The notes under the pieces: model-generated
The model's database searches: none
Seen by the model: only the letters and a program-made list of their open reading frames with translations
What the model was told of the DNA's origin: nothing
Translations under genes and position numbers: made by a program
Shown: one piece after another, positions 28,141 to 40,564 of the stretch
Position numbering within the stretch: the first letter of the stretch is position 1
Layout: each line of letters starts with the position of its first letter
Origin: Kudoa neothunni
Taxonomy: Eukaryota; Animalia; Cnidaria
DNA: 64,000 nt
Direction: 5' to 3'
NCBI GenBank assembly: GCA_964304625.1
Contig: OZ199840.1
Span: 4,823,000 to 4,886,999, forward strand

Positions 28141-28984
28141 ATGTTGATGTTTTTCACCAACAGGCTCATAATCTCAATTCTAATAAAATTTTATATCTCC
28201 GTTATTTCCGCAAAAATCATCAGTAACAATCTGCTTTAAACAGCACCCACCATATTTATCACATTAAAACTATTTCTACATAGGTAGAAGAGGTGAAGGA
28301 AGGCAAGATTGTGGACCTTATTGTCCACTAGATTGTGCTCCATTATGCACTCCGATATGCTGCGACATCAGCAGTTATTCGCTATCCCCAATCCTATCTA
28401 ACAGTACACTCGATTGTGACACAATCTGTCGAATTGACATCAATGTGGTGCAATCGTTAGCCAAAGACCTAGTGGCTAACTACGTATGTAGCCCAAGCTG
28501 CAATCAAAATATTACTTGTTGCAACAACTTAAAATTAACTCAGTTGAGTAAACTTAATGGCCCATCCACTAATGTAGAACATGAAAAATTCACCTACCAA
28601 CCGCCCTCGAAACAATATTTAAATATGCCAGACATATTTGTCAGGTAGGTGCCAATTTTACTTACTGTAGAATTTATTTCCATATTGTAATAACAACTTT
28701 ACTTAAGCGAGCCGAAGCCCAATTGCCCTTTTGACTGCCTACCCTCATGTTACCCTGCATGTACATTTGCTTGCTGCAACTTGGATATAGACACCATCTA
28801 CAGTAGCCATAAAGTGATTTCCACCGGAACCAATAACCACCATATGGACACTCAACAACACATGATCAACCAACTCGCAACAGACTCTTCATTATTACAA
28901 CTCTATCCCAGGAAAGGAAGGTGCTCATTCGACTGCTCCCCTAGTTGTTTTCCACGATGCACCCCTGCTTGTTGTAGCAAATAG
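28141..28984 (+). CDS. Secreted nematocyst/polar-capsule protein with four minicollagen-type Cys-rich domains and no collagen repeat (3 exons, 239 aa)
   Basis: Exons 28141-28222, 28284-28644, 28708-28984 (720 nt). Signal peptide, SRR dibasic site, CGPYCPLDCAPLCTPICC, CDTIC-x19-CSPSCNQNITCC, CPFDCLPSCYPACTFACC, CSFDCSPSCFPRCTPACC. Confidence 0.88.
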
Positions 28985-29034
28985 TAAATGTAGAAAAAAA
29001 TGTATATTTTGATTGTAACATATTTATAAATATT

Positions 29035-30360
<1,326 letters not shown>

Positions 30361-31600
30361 GCTATTTGAAGGGTCACAATCCAATACCTATAGGATCCGA
30401 ACACACAAGGAGAATCAGCGATCAATTGATTATAAATCAAAATTATTGTGACTGGCGAATGTGCTAATTATGACTCAAAGTTTAATTCGCTAATTCACTA
30501 GAACATTCCTAGTTTCGATGGATAGATAAAAGGATTAAATGATTAACATAATTTCGAGTGTTAAAATAATTAAGGTTATAATTAAGAATACTTAAACGTT
30601 TAATAAAATTCTATAACGAAAATATTCCACCAAATCAACTTAAAATAGATAAAATAATTCCCATACAAAATGTGGAACCTGATAAGTCCAATATGATTAT
30701 AGCATACTCATTTTTAGGTAGATTTCTTGTTTTGAGTATTAATCCTTTTTATGTTTATTGGTTAAATGCTGTTTATCGTGTTTGTTTATTGAAACAATTC
30801 TTTCAATAAATCGTAAGTAAACATCATAGAATATTAAATTTTGATTGTTCAGAAGGGTAGGTAAAACTCAATTGTATGTCACTCACAAAAATATTAACTT
30901 GAGTATGTATTTACTTTTTTGGACTATATAAAAATATATTTTTATGCAAAAATGATATTATTAATTTCCGAACAATTTCGTTAATAATCGACCTTTATTT
31001 TGTTACCAAAAAGAGTATTCATAATTGTTTTTTTTGGCATGATTTTGTTATGTGCGGTCAAGTTTATTATTATGGGGTATATTTTGTGTTAAAACTACCA
31101 TTTTAATCAAACAAAGAATTAGTTAATTTGAGGTGTTGATTGCAAAAAAAGATAAACAATTTTAAGTAGCGCTGAGGTTTGTTAAAAAACCTGAGTTATA
31201 AACTATAAGATAAAATCAAGGTAAAATTAACGGTAATATTAAACAATCATGGATCTATTCCTATTGATAATAAAAGATATGCATTAGGTGAGGTGTAAAC
31301 AATGCTCTTTATTAAATATAAATGTTTACGAACATTTATATCGTAAATAAATTATTCATTATATTGAGAAAAATAGGGGAAATCTAATGTTTATAATAAA
31401 GTTTAGAGACATGCCACCTCATAAGGTTGATTTGGTGTAAAACCCTCAAAATTCGTCACACATTACGCATAATCCCCCATATTATTTTTAGTATGACTTT
31501 ATATTTATTCTACTATATTATTTCTAAATATAGACTAGTTTTAATGCAATTATTTAAAAGACTAAAAATAATTAAGTTGATTCAACCACATTTACGTATA

Positions 31601-32807
31601 CATGGGCTGATCAAAAAGTATGGACACTTTTTAAATATCTCCTCGTATGAAAAAGATGTAATTTCAATAGATGAATAATAAAATATGACAGCTAGTTGTC
31701 TAAGTCGCGAAATGGGCCGACGTCGCTCAGGAGAATGTCAGAAAACCATGAGCAGAGAATTTGTATAATATTCTGTGTAAAACTAGGTAAGAACAGTACC
31801 GAAGCCTATGGAATGATTCAACAAGCATTTTTAGACAATACACTGAGTAGATTAAGAGTGTTTGAGTGGGATTAAAGATTTAAAGAAGGTAGAAATTCGA
31901 TTGATTGTTTGGATCGTTCTAGTCGACCTTTAACTAGCAGAAATCATGAAAAGATTAATGACGTTACGAATATGATTGATTCCGAACGTATACTTACCAT
32001 TATGGAAATTTCCAATGATATTGGAATATCTTTTGGAGCATGTCAAGCTATTTTGACTGGTGATCTTCGTATGAAAAGAGTTGTCGCCAAATTTGTCCCG
32101 CGAATGCTCACATCCTAACAAAAGTAATTGAGGCTTATTACTTCAAAAAATCTACTTAAACGCTCATCAACAGACAATGAATTCATGAATTTTATCATAA
32201 CAGGTGATGAAACTAGGGTTTATGGTTATGATCCCGAAACAAAAGTTCAATCATACATTTGGAAAACACCATTATCGCCCAGGCCAAAGAAAGCTCGCCA
32301 AGTTCGGAGTAAAATTAAAGTATTACTCACAGTATTTTTTGATATCCAGGGGATAATTTATTATGAATACGCACCTGAATCTCGTACAGTTACAAGTGTG
32401 CATTACCTCAACGTTTTGGAGAATTTACGGAGTGCTAGTTGTTGCAAACGACCACGCATGCATTCCTCTGAACGTTGGATAATGCATCACGATAATGTCC
32501 CCTCACATAAGTCATTAAAAATTCAAAATTTTTCATAGCCAAGATGAACGTTCCCCACTTACAGCATCCTCCGTACTCGCCAGATCTTGCTTCATGGTAC
32601 TTCATTCTGTTCCCCAAAATCAAATTCCAACTTAAAAGGAGGAGATTCCACTTTTCTGAGGAAACAAAACAGAATGCGATGGAGCAGCTTAGACACTGAA
32701 AAAATGTATTGACGCAGGCGGAGAGTATTTTGAGGGAAATAAAAAAAAATTCATTATATTTGTGTATTTATTTTTTTTAAGTCTCGATACTTTTTGATCA
32801 GCCCATG
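31601..32807 (+). mobile_element. Mariner transposon (near full length, defective)
   Basis: TIRs CATGGGCTGATCAAAAAGTAT / ATACTTTTTGATCAGCCCATG flanked by TA; transposase motifs KFVPRML, ITGDETRV, HHDNVPSH, HPPYSPDLA with in-frame stops. Confidence 0.95.
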
Positions 32808-32829
32808 TATTTTCTAAATCTATGATTGG

Positions 32830-33550
32830 ATTCTTCAAATAATTAGAGAGTGTGAATAAAGGGGGATATTGTTACAAAAACAATGTCGTTAATAAGAATT
32901 CAGCAGATCAAAGAAGTCCAATTTATCTGTCATTAAGATAAACACCAACGTTAATATTTTTTTAAAAACGTGACCATGAATTGTGTACATTTGGGAGAAG
33001 GTTCCGTCGCAAACCCAGAATTTTGAATGTTAAAGGTGCGAAAGATTTTCTTTTGTTGCGAAAATAATAATTCTATTACTATCCTCGAATCCAGAACCGT
33101 ATATACAAAATTTTTTATTCTTTAAGGTCATTATCGATCCTTAAAGATTTGTCCCAGGATTTACATCAGTGCACTTTTATTTTCTTATATCTCGAATCAA
33201 TTGATAAACGGACTTTTTGGGAATATTTGGCAATTTTTGGACATCGTCTTGATTGGTTGCAATATCATAAACTTTATTGGTTTGATATACGATATTTTAT
33301 CCTTGAAAAATTGCCTGTTTTTTCCTCTTTGGATACTATGTGATTATGAAAACCTAACGTATCCAACCTCTCTATCTGTTCTGCTGGAAAGGTTCTTAGC
33401 CTACCTTTACATCCCCGTTTTTGACACCTCCAATATCGACAAACTTTTTTTTTAAATCTTTATTATAAAAAAACCCATTATAAAAAAGTCTGTCATTATT
33501 TTTTTCGTTTTAGTAATAGTAAAATCAGCACTAATTTCTTGGCTCATGAT
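32830..33550 (-). mobile_element. Decayed MULE (FLYWCH) transposase, probably interrupted by the mariner
   Basis: YWRCQKRGCKGRLRT...HNH and DSNRIIIFATKENLSHL*HSKFWVCDGTF..MYTIHG on the minus strand. Confidence 0.75.
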
Positions 33551-34154
33551 TTTACACGCGAGTCGCCAATTACATATGAGGAAATGCGCACGCGTGATTC
33601 CGGCGAAACTTGGCCGTCCCAGTTTACGCTTCATATCAAATCCATGGAATAATTTAGATTATTAAATAAACAATTAAATATTTTATTTCTTATTAATCAG
33701 TATAATTTTTTTTATTATTTGTTTAATAAATTAATTTCATATTTATATATAAATTGTTGGAGTTTATTTAATTCGACTCAACTTAATAATTTCGTAAGAT
33801 TAATGTTTTCAAAAATTATTGAATATATTATTCCCGATATGTTTAAAATAAAGCAGTGAGTGGAATAATTAATGTGATAATGTCATGACAATTTATACAA
33901 TATAAATGAAAATATAAATCTGTAATAGCTAAGTAATTATAACTTTATATATATATATATTTCAAATTATTGTATGTGGAGTTATAAATAATTTCCGATT
34001 TTTTTCGCTAATATTATGTGTAAAATTTGTTCCGTAGTTACTATGTTAACACCTTCGATGATGGTAAAAGCCTTAAAGCTAACACGAAAACAAAATCAGA
34101 CACAAAGTTCACCCCATCCAGCAGCATCTTTTCAGTCATCCTGAAACACGTAAT

Positions 34155-34181
34155 TGAGTCAACTGAGTCAACTGAGTCAAC
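34155..34181. promoter_or_regulatory. Triple TGAGTCAAC repeat (AP-1/GCN4-type motif)
   Basis: Three exact TGAGTCA cores at 9-bp spacing ending 17 bp before the transporter ATG; function not shown. Confidence 0.35.
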
Positions 34182-34197
34182 GTAGTCAGGAGAAACA

Positions 34198-36278
34198 ATG
34201 ATGAATATAGAACTTGAAGACTACTCTAAAGTAGGTTTTGATGCATTACTTCTTCTGCTTCAATAATATCAATTCTAATAGGAACAAACTGAAAATTGCG
34301 ACAACTACGACAGTACACGGTTTAACAATAATGAGGATAGCAACCGAAATAAGGAGGGTTTCTCACTGTACAAGTAAACATATCTGTTTCGGTGCTATAT
34401 TTTTATCGGTATACCCCATCAGGAGAGCTGAAGCAAGTATGGCTGTGGTGGCTGGAAATATTATCAATGCAATTATTGGATCTGGCATTATAGGTTTAAC
34501 TATATTCTACCTTAATTTAACAATCAAATTTTCATAAATGTATAGCTCTACCGATTTCGTTTTCCTATTCTGGAATTGGGATGAGTACAATTCTGCTGAC
34601 TATCAGTGCTGTTATGGGCGGTATTCGTGATTATTTAGCCTTTATTATGATACACGAATAAAACAGATTTTACTATTCTCTGTCTGTGTGTGTTGAACAC
34701 ACTCACCAAAAAGTACACATACCAAGTAAAAATCTCTCAGTTAATAGACGCTGAAAACAATTGTTGGTATAGCAAGCAGTTAAAAGTTCTATTGGTGACG
34801 TCGGTTACGTCTGTTGTGCAATATTCCAATTTATCTACTCCTATAGTGGTAAACCTCTCTATTTTTCTGAGGTCGAATACAAATCAATTTAATTTTGTTA
34901 TAGCAATAGCAAGTTATGGGATTGCTTCTGCAGACAACATTATTCAAATAGTCACCTACTTATGTACGTTATTATTTTATTAATGTTAAAAAAAATAAAA
35001 TGTAATATCAATGAATTATTCCGACCATCTAGGTCCAAATTGTAAGTGGTTGGTTTATCGACCGATAGTGGCTCTATTCTATATTATCCCCGTGTTACTG
35101 TTTTCCTTCTATGAGAATGTAGCCAGATTGGGAATTGTATATTATTCAACACCAATCAACCTTCTATTTTTATTTATTATTCATTAGGTTTCACTGACAT
35201 CAATAACTTGTGTGATGATATATGTGGCCTTGATATTCTACCGATCGTTCTACATAATGAAAGATGTGTACGTTCGTGATGAGTTGTCGTCATCTCAAAC
35301 TAACTAGCTAAATATATTAAATTAAATATATTAAATTAAATATATTGAATTTAATTAATTTAATTAATTAATTAAATTTATAGGTTGATACTGCCAGAAA
35401 CCTACGTATTTATAAAGCCAAGTGGAATTCCAATATCTTTTTCTGTGATCGCGTTTGGTAGCTTTATCAAGTATTGGCCATACTCATTGATTTTTGATTA
35501 TCTCTAGCAATGTCTTGTCAACAAACCGTGGGAAGAATCTATCGTAGTATGCACAAAAGATCCATAAAACGCTTTTCGATAGCCACCCACTTCTCAAGTG
35601 TCACCTCTCTGATGTTTTATATGTTTGTGGCGATTATTGGCTTTGTGAGTTTTGGAGGTAATGTCCAAGCGAATCTTCTTCAAAATTATTGTCCTAACGA
35701 TAAAATTGCTCTTGTGGCACGTATCGCCTTCACAATCACCCTACTTTTATCGTCGCCAATGCAAGTGATTTGTGCGAGGGAATCTATTACAACCATCACC
35801 TCAAGAATTGGAATCCGCAGAACCAAAATTCCAGTATTTTTGGTGTTACTCACATTAATGATTCTGGCATCTTGTTATTTAATCACTGCTTATGTTTTGG
35901 ATCTTGGTTTGGTGTTGTCTCTATCGGTACGATATTTATTGAAGTTGTCTTTAAGTTTTAATTTGTATTCTCTGTGTAGGGTTCCGCAGTCGGTGCGACC
36001 ATGGGTAGGAGAATCTAATCTATCAATGACTTTAAATAATTCTTTTTGTAGTTTTTACAATTCCTGCACTTTCCCTTTTCATCTACCTCAGAAAAATTGG
36101 CTACTGCAATCATTTTCTTAATATTGGACTTCTTTTTGTCACATTTTTCGGTCTAACCATTATGGTTATTGGGATGGTTATCACTCTCTACAATAGTTCT
36201 CAGCCACAAATCGAAATGATCAAATACTGGTGTTACGATGCTTATGTCCCCTCCAATAACACTATAATTATACCATAA
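34198..36278 (+). CDS. SLC38A11: Amino-acid transporter, SLC38 family (SLC38A11-like; ~12 exons)
   Basis: NIINAIIGSGIIALP, KKYTYQ, SVIAFAMSCQQ, GFVSFGGNVQANLLQNYCPND, SPMQVICARE, DLGLVL, FTIPAL; canonical short introns in phase. Confidence 0.88.
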
Positions 36279-37039
36279 TAATGTAGCTGTTCAGACAATT
36301 TTTGATCATTATTTTCAATATATTTTGGATTTTTTTTAATTGTTAATGCGAATTTTTATTACAAAAATTATATATTTTGATTTATAAACTAAAATAACCG
36401 GATTATTTTACATTTTATGCGCTAATTGATGATTAATCTATTATAACACATTAAGCTTTTTTAATTATTTTTTTGCAGAAGCTATTTTCTCAGTAAAATT
36501 TAAACGTAAACCAAGGCTGCCAGCGAGGTTTTAAGACAATTCCAAGGATGGTCGGTAAAACCTCCAAGGTCAAGAAAAACGCTAGTTTAAAGTACAACCA
36601 AAACTAGCATCGTATCTATTAAAGTTTATAATCATCTGATTCTATAATTATGTCTCCAGATATTAAATTTAAATTTACCGTCGTATTATTGCAATTTTTT
36701 GGCGTCAACACATACTCATACTTAATCCTCTAACATGGGGATTCCCAACCATTTTTTCAAATTCACCCCCTTAACTTGGATGTCAAATTCATATTTACCC
36801 TATGGTTTTATATTGATTAAGCTAAGACAGAGGTTATTGCAAGATAGATTCTGATCATCAAGGGCATGTACGCCCATGTTATGACAACTTTTAACCCCGT
36901 AAACTCTTATTCACAAGCTGTTTACCGATTTACTTTTTAGATTTTTCTAATAAAATTATTTTTCACCAATTTCTCTGTGTAATGGCTCGAAATAATTAAA
37001 AATAGTCAAAACTAGTGACACTTTAGGTATGGCAAAATT

Positions 37040-38110
37040 TTGCCGGAGATATTTTTTTGCGCATAAAAACTCGAAAAAATCCATACGAAAACTGGAGATG
37101 CCAAATAAGGAAGTGTAGAGAGATTGCGAACTTCTCCCTCTGTTGACATTGAATACCTTACAAAAATCGGAATACATAACCATAAAATTGGTGATGAGGA
37201 TATGAAAAAGGAAATGTTCGAACAAAAAATAAGAAACATAGCAGAAAATACGGTGTATCCAACCAGCCAAGTTTATTCCGTTTCTTCAACTGAAGAGAAT
37301 ATAAATAATATTCCTATATGCTCTAAAAATTCGATTTATACAAATATAAAAAATATCAAAACTATCCCAACTTCCGACTGCTTCAATGAATTAAAAACAA
37401 ACAGAAATGAGTCCTTCTGCTTATATGACTCAGGGTCAGAAGACAAGCACTGAATTATTATTTTCACGACAGAAAAAAATTTAATCCATTTGAGGAATTC
37501 AGATTATTGGATGGCTGATGGCACATTTAATGTTGTTCCAAAAGAATATTATCAATTGTACACTATCCATGGGGCTGTCTTTAACAAAGTTTTTCCACTG
37601 GTGTATATTTTAATGAGTGATAAATTACAGAAGAGTTACTTAAAATTTTAGCGGGGAAAGGAAAATTCGCGCCACCGAAGAACATAATTATTGATTTTGA
37701 ATAAGCCGAGTATAATGCTTTCAGAAAATTTTCGTTGAATTCAGTACATTTTTGTTTGTTCAACTTTCGACGATGTATAGTATATATAGTAAGGTTAAAA
37801 AATTAGGTTGTTCGAAGGGGTATGAAACCGACGAAGATTTCAAATTATTTGTTAAATGCTTGACATTTCTTGCATTTGCCCCTCCTGATTCCATTCTTTA
37901 TGAATTTGAGACACTAAAAATAAATTCAAAAAAGTTTGAGAAATCTAACATAAAATTGTTAATGGAATTCTTTTAAAAAAATGCATCCAAAATACCTATT
38001 AATAGCATGGAATGTTTACGATTGAGTCCTAAACAATATTAAACTCACCTAAAATTCGGCGGAAATTTTTAATCGTCATTTTTATTCACGTTTCGAGCAA
38101 TCCCACTCTG
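37040..38110 (+). mobile_element. Decayed MULE transposase
   Basis: LYDSG...IIIFTT...YWMADGTFNVVPKEYYQLYTIHG..FPLVYILM, IIDFE, LAFAPP; multiple stops. Confidence 0.85.
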
Positions 38111-38295
38111 AATTATATGACAATAAAATTAAAATTAAATATGAAAATTTGAAAACAACAATTCAAAATTATGAAAAATATTATGACATATTTTATTTAT
38201 AAGCAAAAATTATTTTTTCATTTATAAAGCCTTGGCGGTAAATCATAAACATATATTTTAATTTATTATCATTAAACGAAAATGCGCGAGAAATC

Positions 38296-38314
38296 TCAAA
38301 TATGTTTACTGCGA

Positions 38315-38345
<31 letters not shown>

Positions 38346-39755
38346 TTTATAGTTAATACTAATATGATAAAATCTAAAGTTTTCTTAAGTTTTGTTGACA
38401 AATAGCAGTATATAAAAGATGAAAGGAATCAAAACACAAATATTTTGTTTCACTAGCTATTATTTAATTGTTAAATAGTAGCAATCGCTGTTAAAATATA
38501 TTCGAAGAAATTCCAATATTCTTTATGAATGGAACGCGACCATGATTCATGTAGGTAGAAATCCAGCTGATTTCGTGGCACACCGCTCATTTTCTGAATG
38601 AGTTTTGTTTTGAGATGATGCCACACAACCTCGACCGTATTAGTATGGTAACCCTCTGGAGTGACATACTCTTTAGAGTGATTAATGGTTATATGGTTAT
38701 AGTCGTAAATTCGGAGAGAGGTGTACCCCAACCACTCGTCCGTATAGATTGTAGTCCCGTTTTCAACTTCCTATAAGACGAGTTGGGTGAACGTTCGTTT
38801 ATCCCTTTTTGGACAATAAAAAATCTTGATTCTAACAATTTGCGTTTGCCATCTTCATCGACAGAGCATTCGCAAATGCCAACAACCCAAGGGCCGTTTA
38901 TTCTGTAGTCATACCTTTCATTTCTCCGCTGACGTCTCAACGGAGTCGCTCCACGGAATAACCTAGTCCTTGAGAAATAGTTAGGGATGGCCAACCATCT
39001 GTCCATGCTTAAAAATCTTCCCCGGTTGTTTTTACGGCGATCTCTTAATAAACATTTGTCAATTTCGACGAATCGATTTTCTCCGCCCATTTTCTCGCGT
39101 CGTTGGAACATTTTATAACAAATATTCCTCAACGTTGAATACCAAAATGTAACGTTTTTCTCGGTTATTTGAGTTAATGCCACCACCATGCATCTTTGCT
39201 CTTCAATACACTAAAGATATATTAACTCAAATAGCTGAGACACTGCTAATTTGGATACATTCGTCCTCATCGCGTTATTGATGCCAAAGAAGGTAGCGAG
39301 GTCCTGGGTGAAAATGCCCTCTACAATCACTCCTAAAATTAATATTTTAAAACTATACATAAAATAAAAGTACTTTGAACACGTATACGAGTATTTCTCA
39401 ATATCATCGTCACAAAGATCGATTGAAGTATTGTTTCTTTTTCTCGTTGTAGCTTGGAGGCGTAGAGTGTTATACCTGTGGCAATTCTTGCACCGATCAG
39501 GCATTTTTTGTAATAGACTCTTATTCGCTAGGTAAGTAAATAGAGCACTCACATTAAACAAAAGTTTATAAAATTTACGCTGAAGTAAAAACTATTGTTG
39601 ATCGGATTAAATTATTAAAACATAAATTTTTAAATTTAACGTGAGGTATAAATATAACAGTTACTATTACATCTATAATTATCGAAAATTCAACACACCA
39701 CTAAATAAAATATCTCCTATCCTGTGTGATTCTTTAATCGCAGTAACATATTTGA
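38296..39755 (-). mobile_element. Merlin (IS1016/ISXO2-like) transposon, defective
   Basis: VEIDKC..RKNNRGR, GPWVVGICE, TTIYTDEW.GY, H..INHS, HTNTVEVVW..LK, YLHE motifs; inverted repeats TCAAATATGT(T)TACTGCGA at both ends. Confidence 0.88.
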
Positions 39756-40564
39756 TAATATTATAAAAATTAAAAATATAAATTTCATGAATTATTTATG
39801 ACAAATTAGACTGAAAAAGGTATGCGCATTACAATGCGCGCTGTCCGATTATTGCTGAAGTGTGATTTTTTGCAATTCTTTAGAATAAAAATTTGGGTCT
39901 GATTCGCGATCACTCAATATTTTAAAAATGTGTTAAATTAAGTTACAAAACAATTCTATCATGAATCTTAAAAACTTGTAAACTCTTAAAATCAATAAAC
40001 TATGACTTAGAAAATCAACTAAACATTGTAATTATAATAAAATATTGCGTGACGAGAGAAAATACGACATAACATCAGTTTTCCACAATACAGATTATAG
40101 ATTACAATGGATTAATTTAATTAACCTTTGTAATTTTCTCTATCATTTCGTCAACAAATTTAGATTAAAATAAAAGCTTGTCAACCATAAATTAGGTCAC
40201 CGTAGTATCCTCGATTGCTCAGTTGATCAGGGTGCGAGTATAAGATTTCCAACTGTATAGACAAGTTAGTTAATTCAACGTGAGTTAATCTAGACTGTTT
40301 ATGGGCATCAACTAATAAAAAAATAATCTACACGTCAACTCAACCACATTATACCGATTAATAATTTCATTATTTATTGCATTAATATATGTATTTATGT
40401 AATAAAAAATAAAAAAAAACGTTTTTCTCAGTTTGATCGAAATTGATCGAATCAATATCAAATCTATATCAATACTAGAATCATTTAGAAGTGTTAAATT
40501 TAAGCAGAGTTATTCATAAATAGATTTTTCAGTGAATGGGTACATTTTGAAAGATTGAACGAAT

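Noticed and set aside
40213-40280. tRNA-like 5' half (TCCTCGATTGCTCAGTTGA)
   Set aside because: No B box, T arm or acceptor-stem closure; at most a degraded SINE head.
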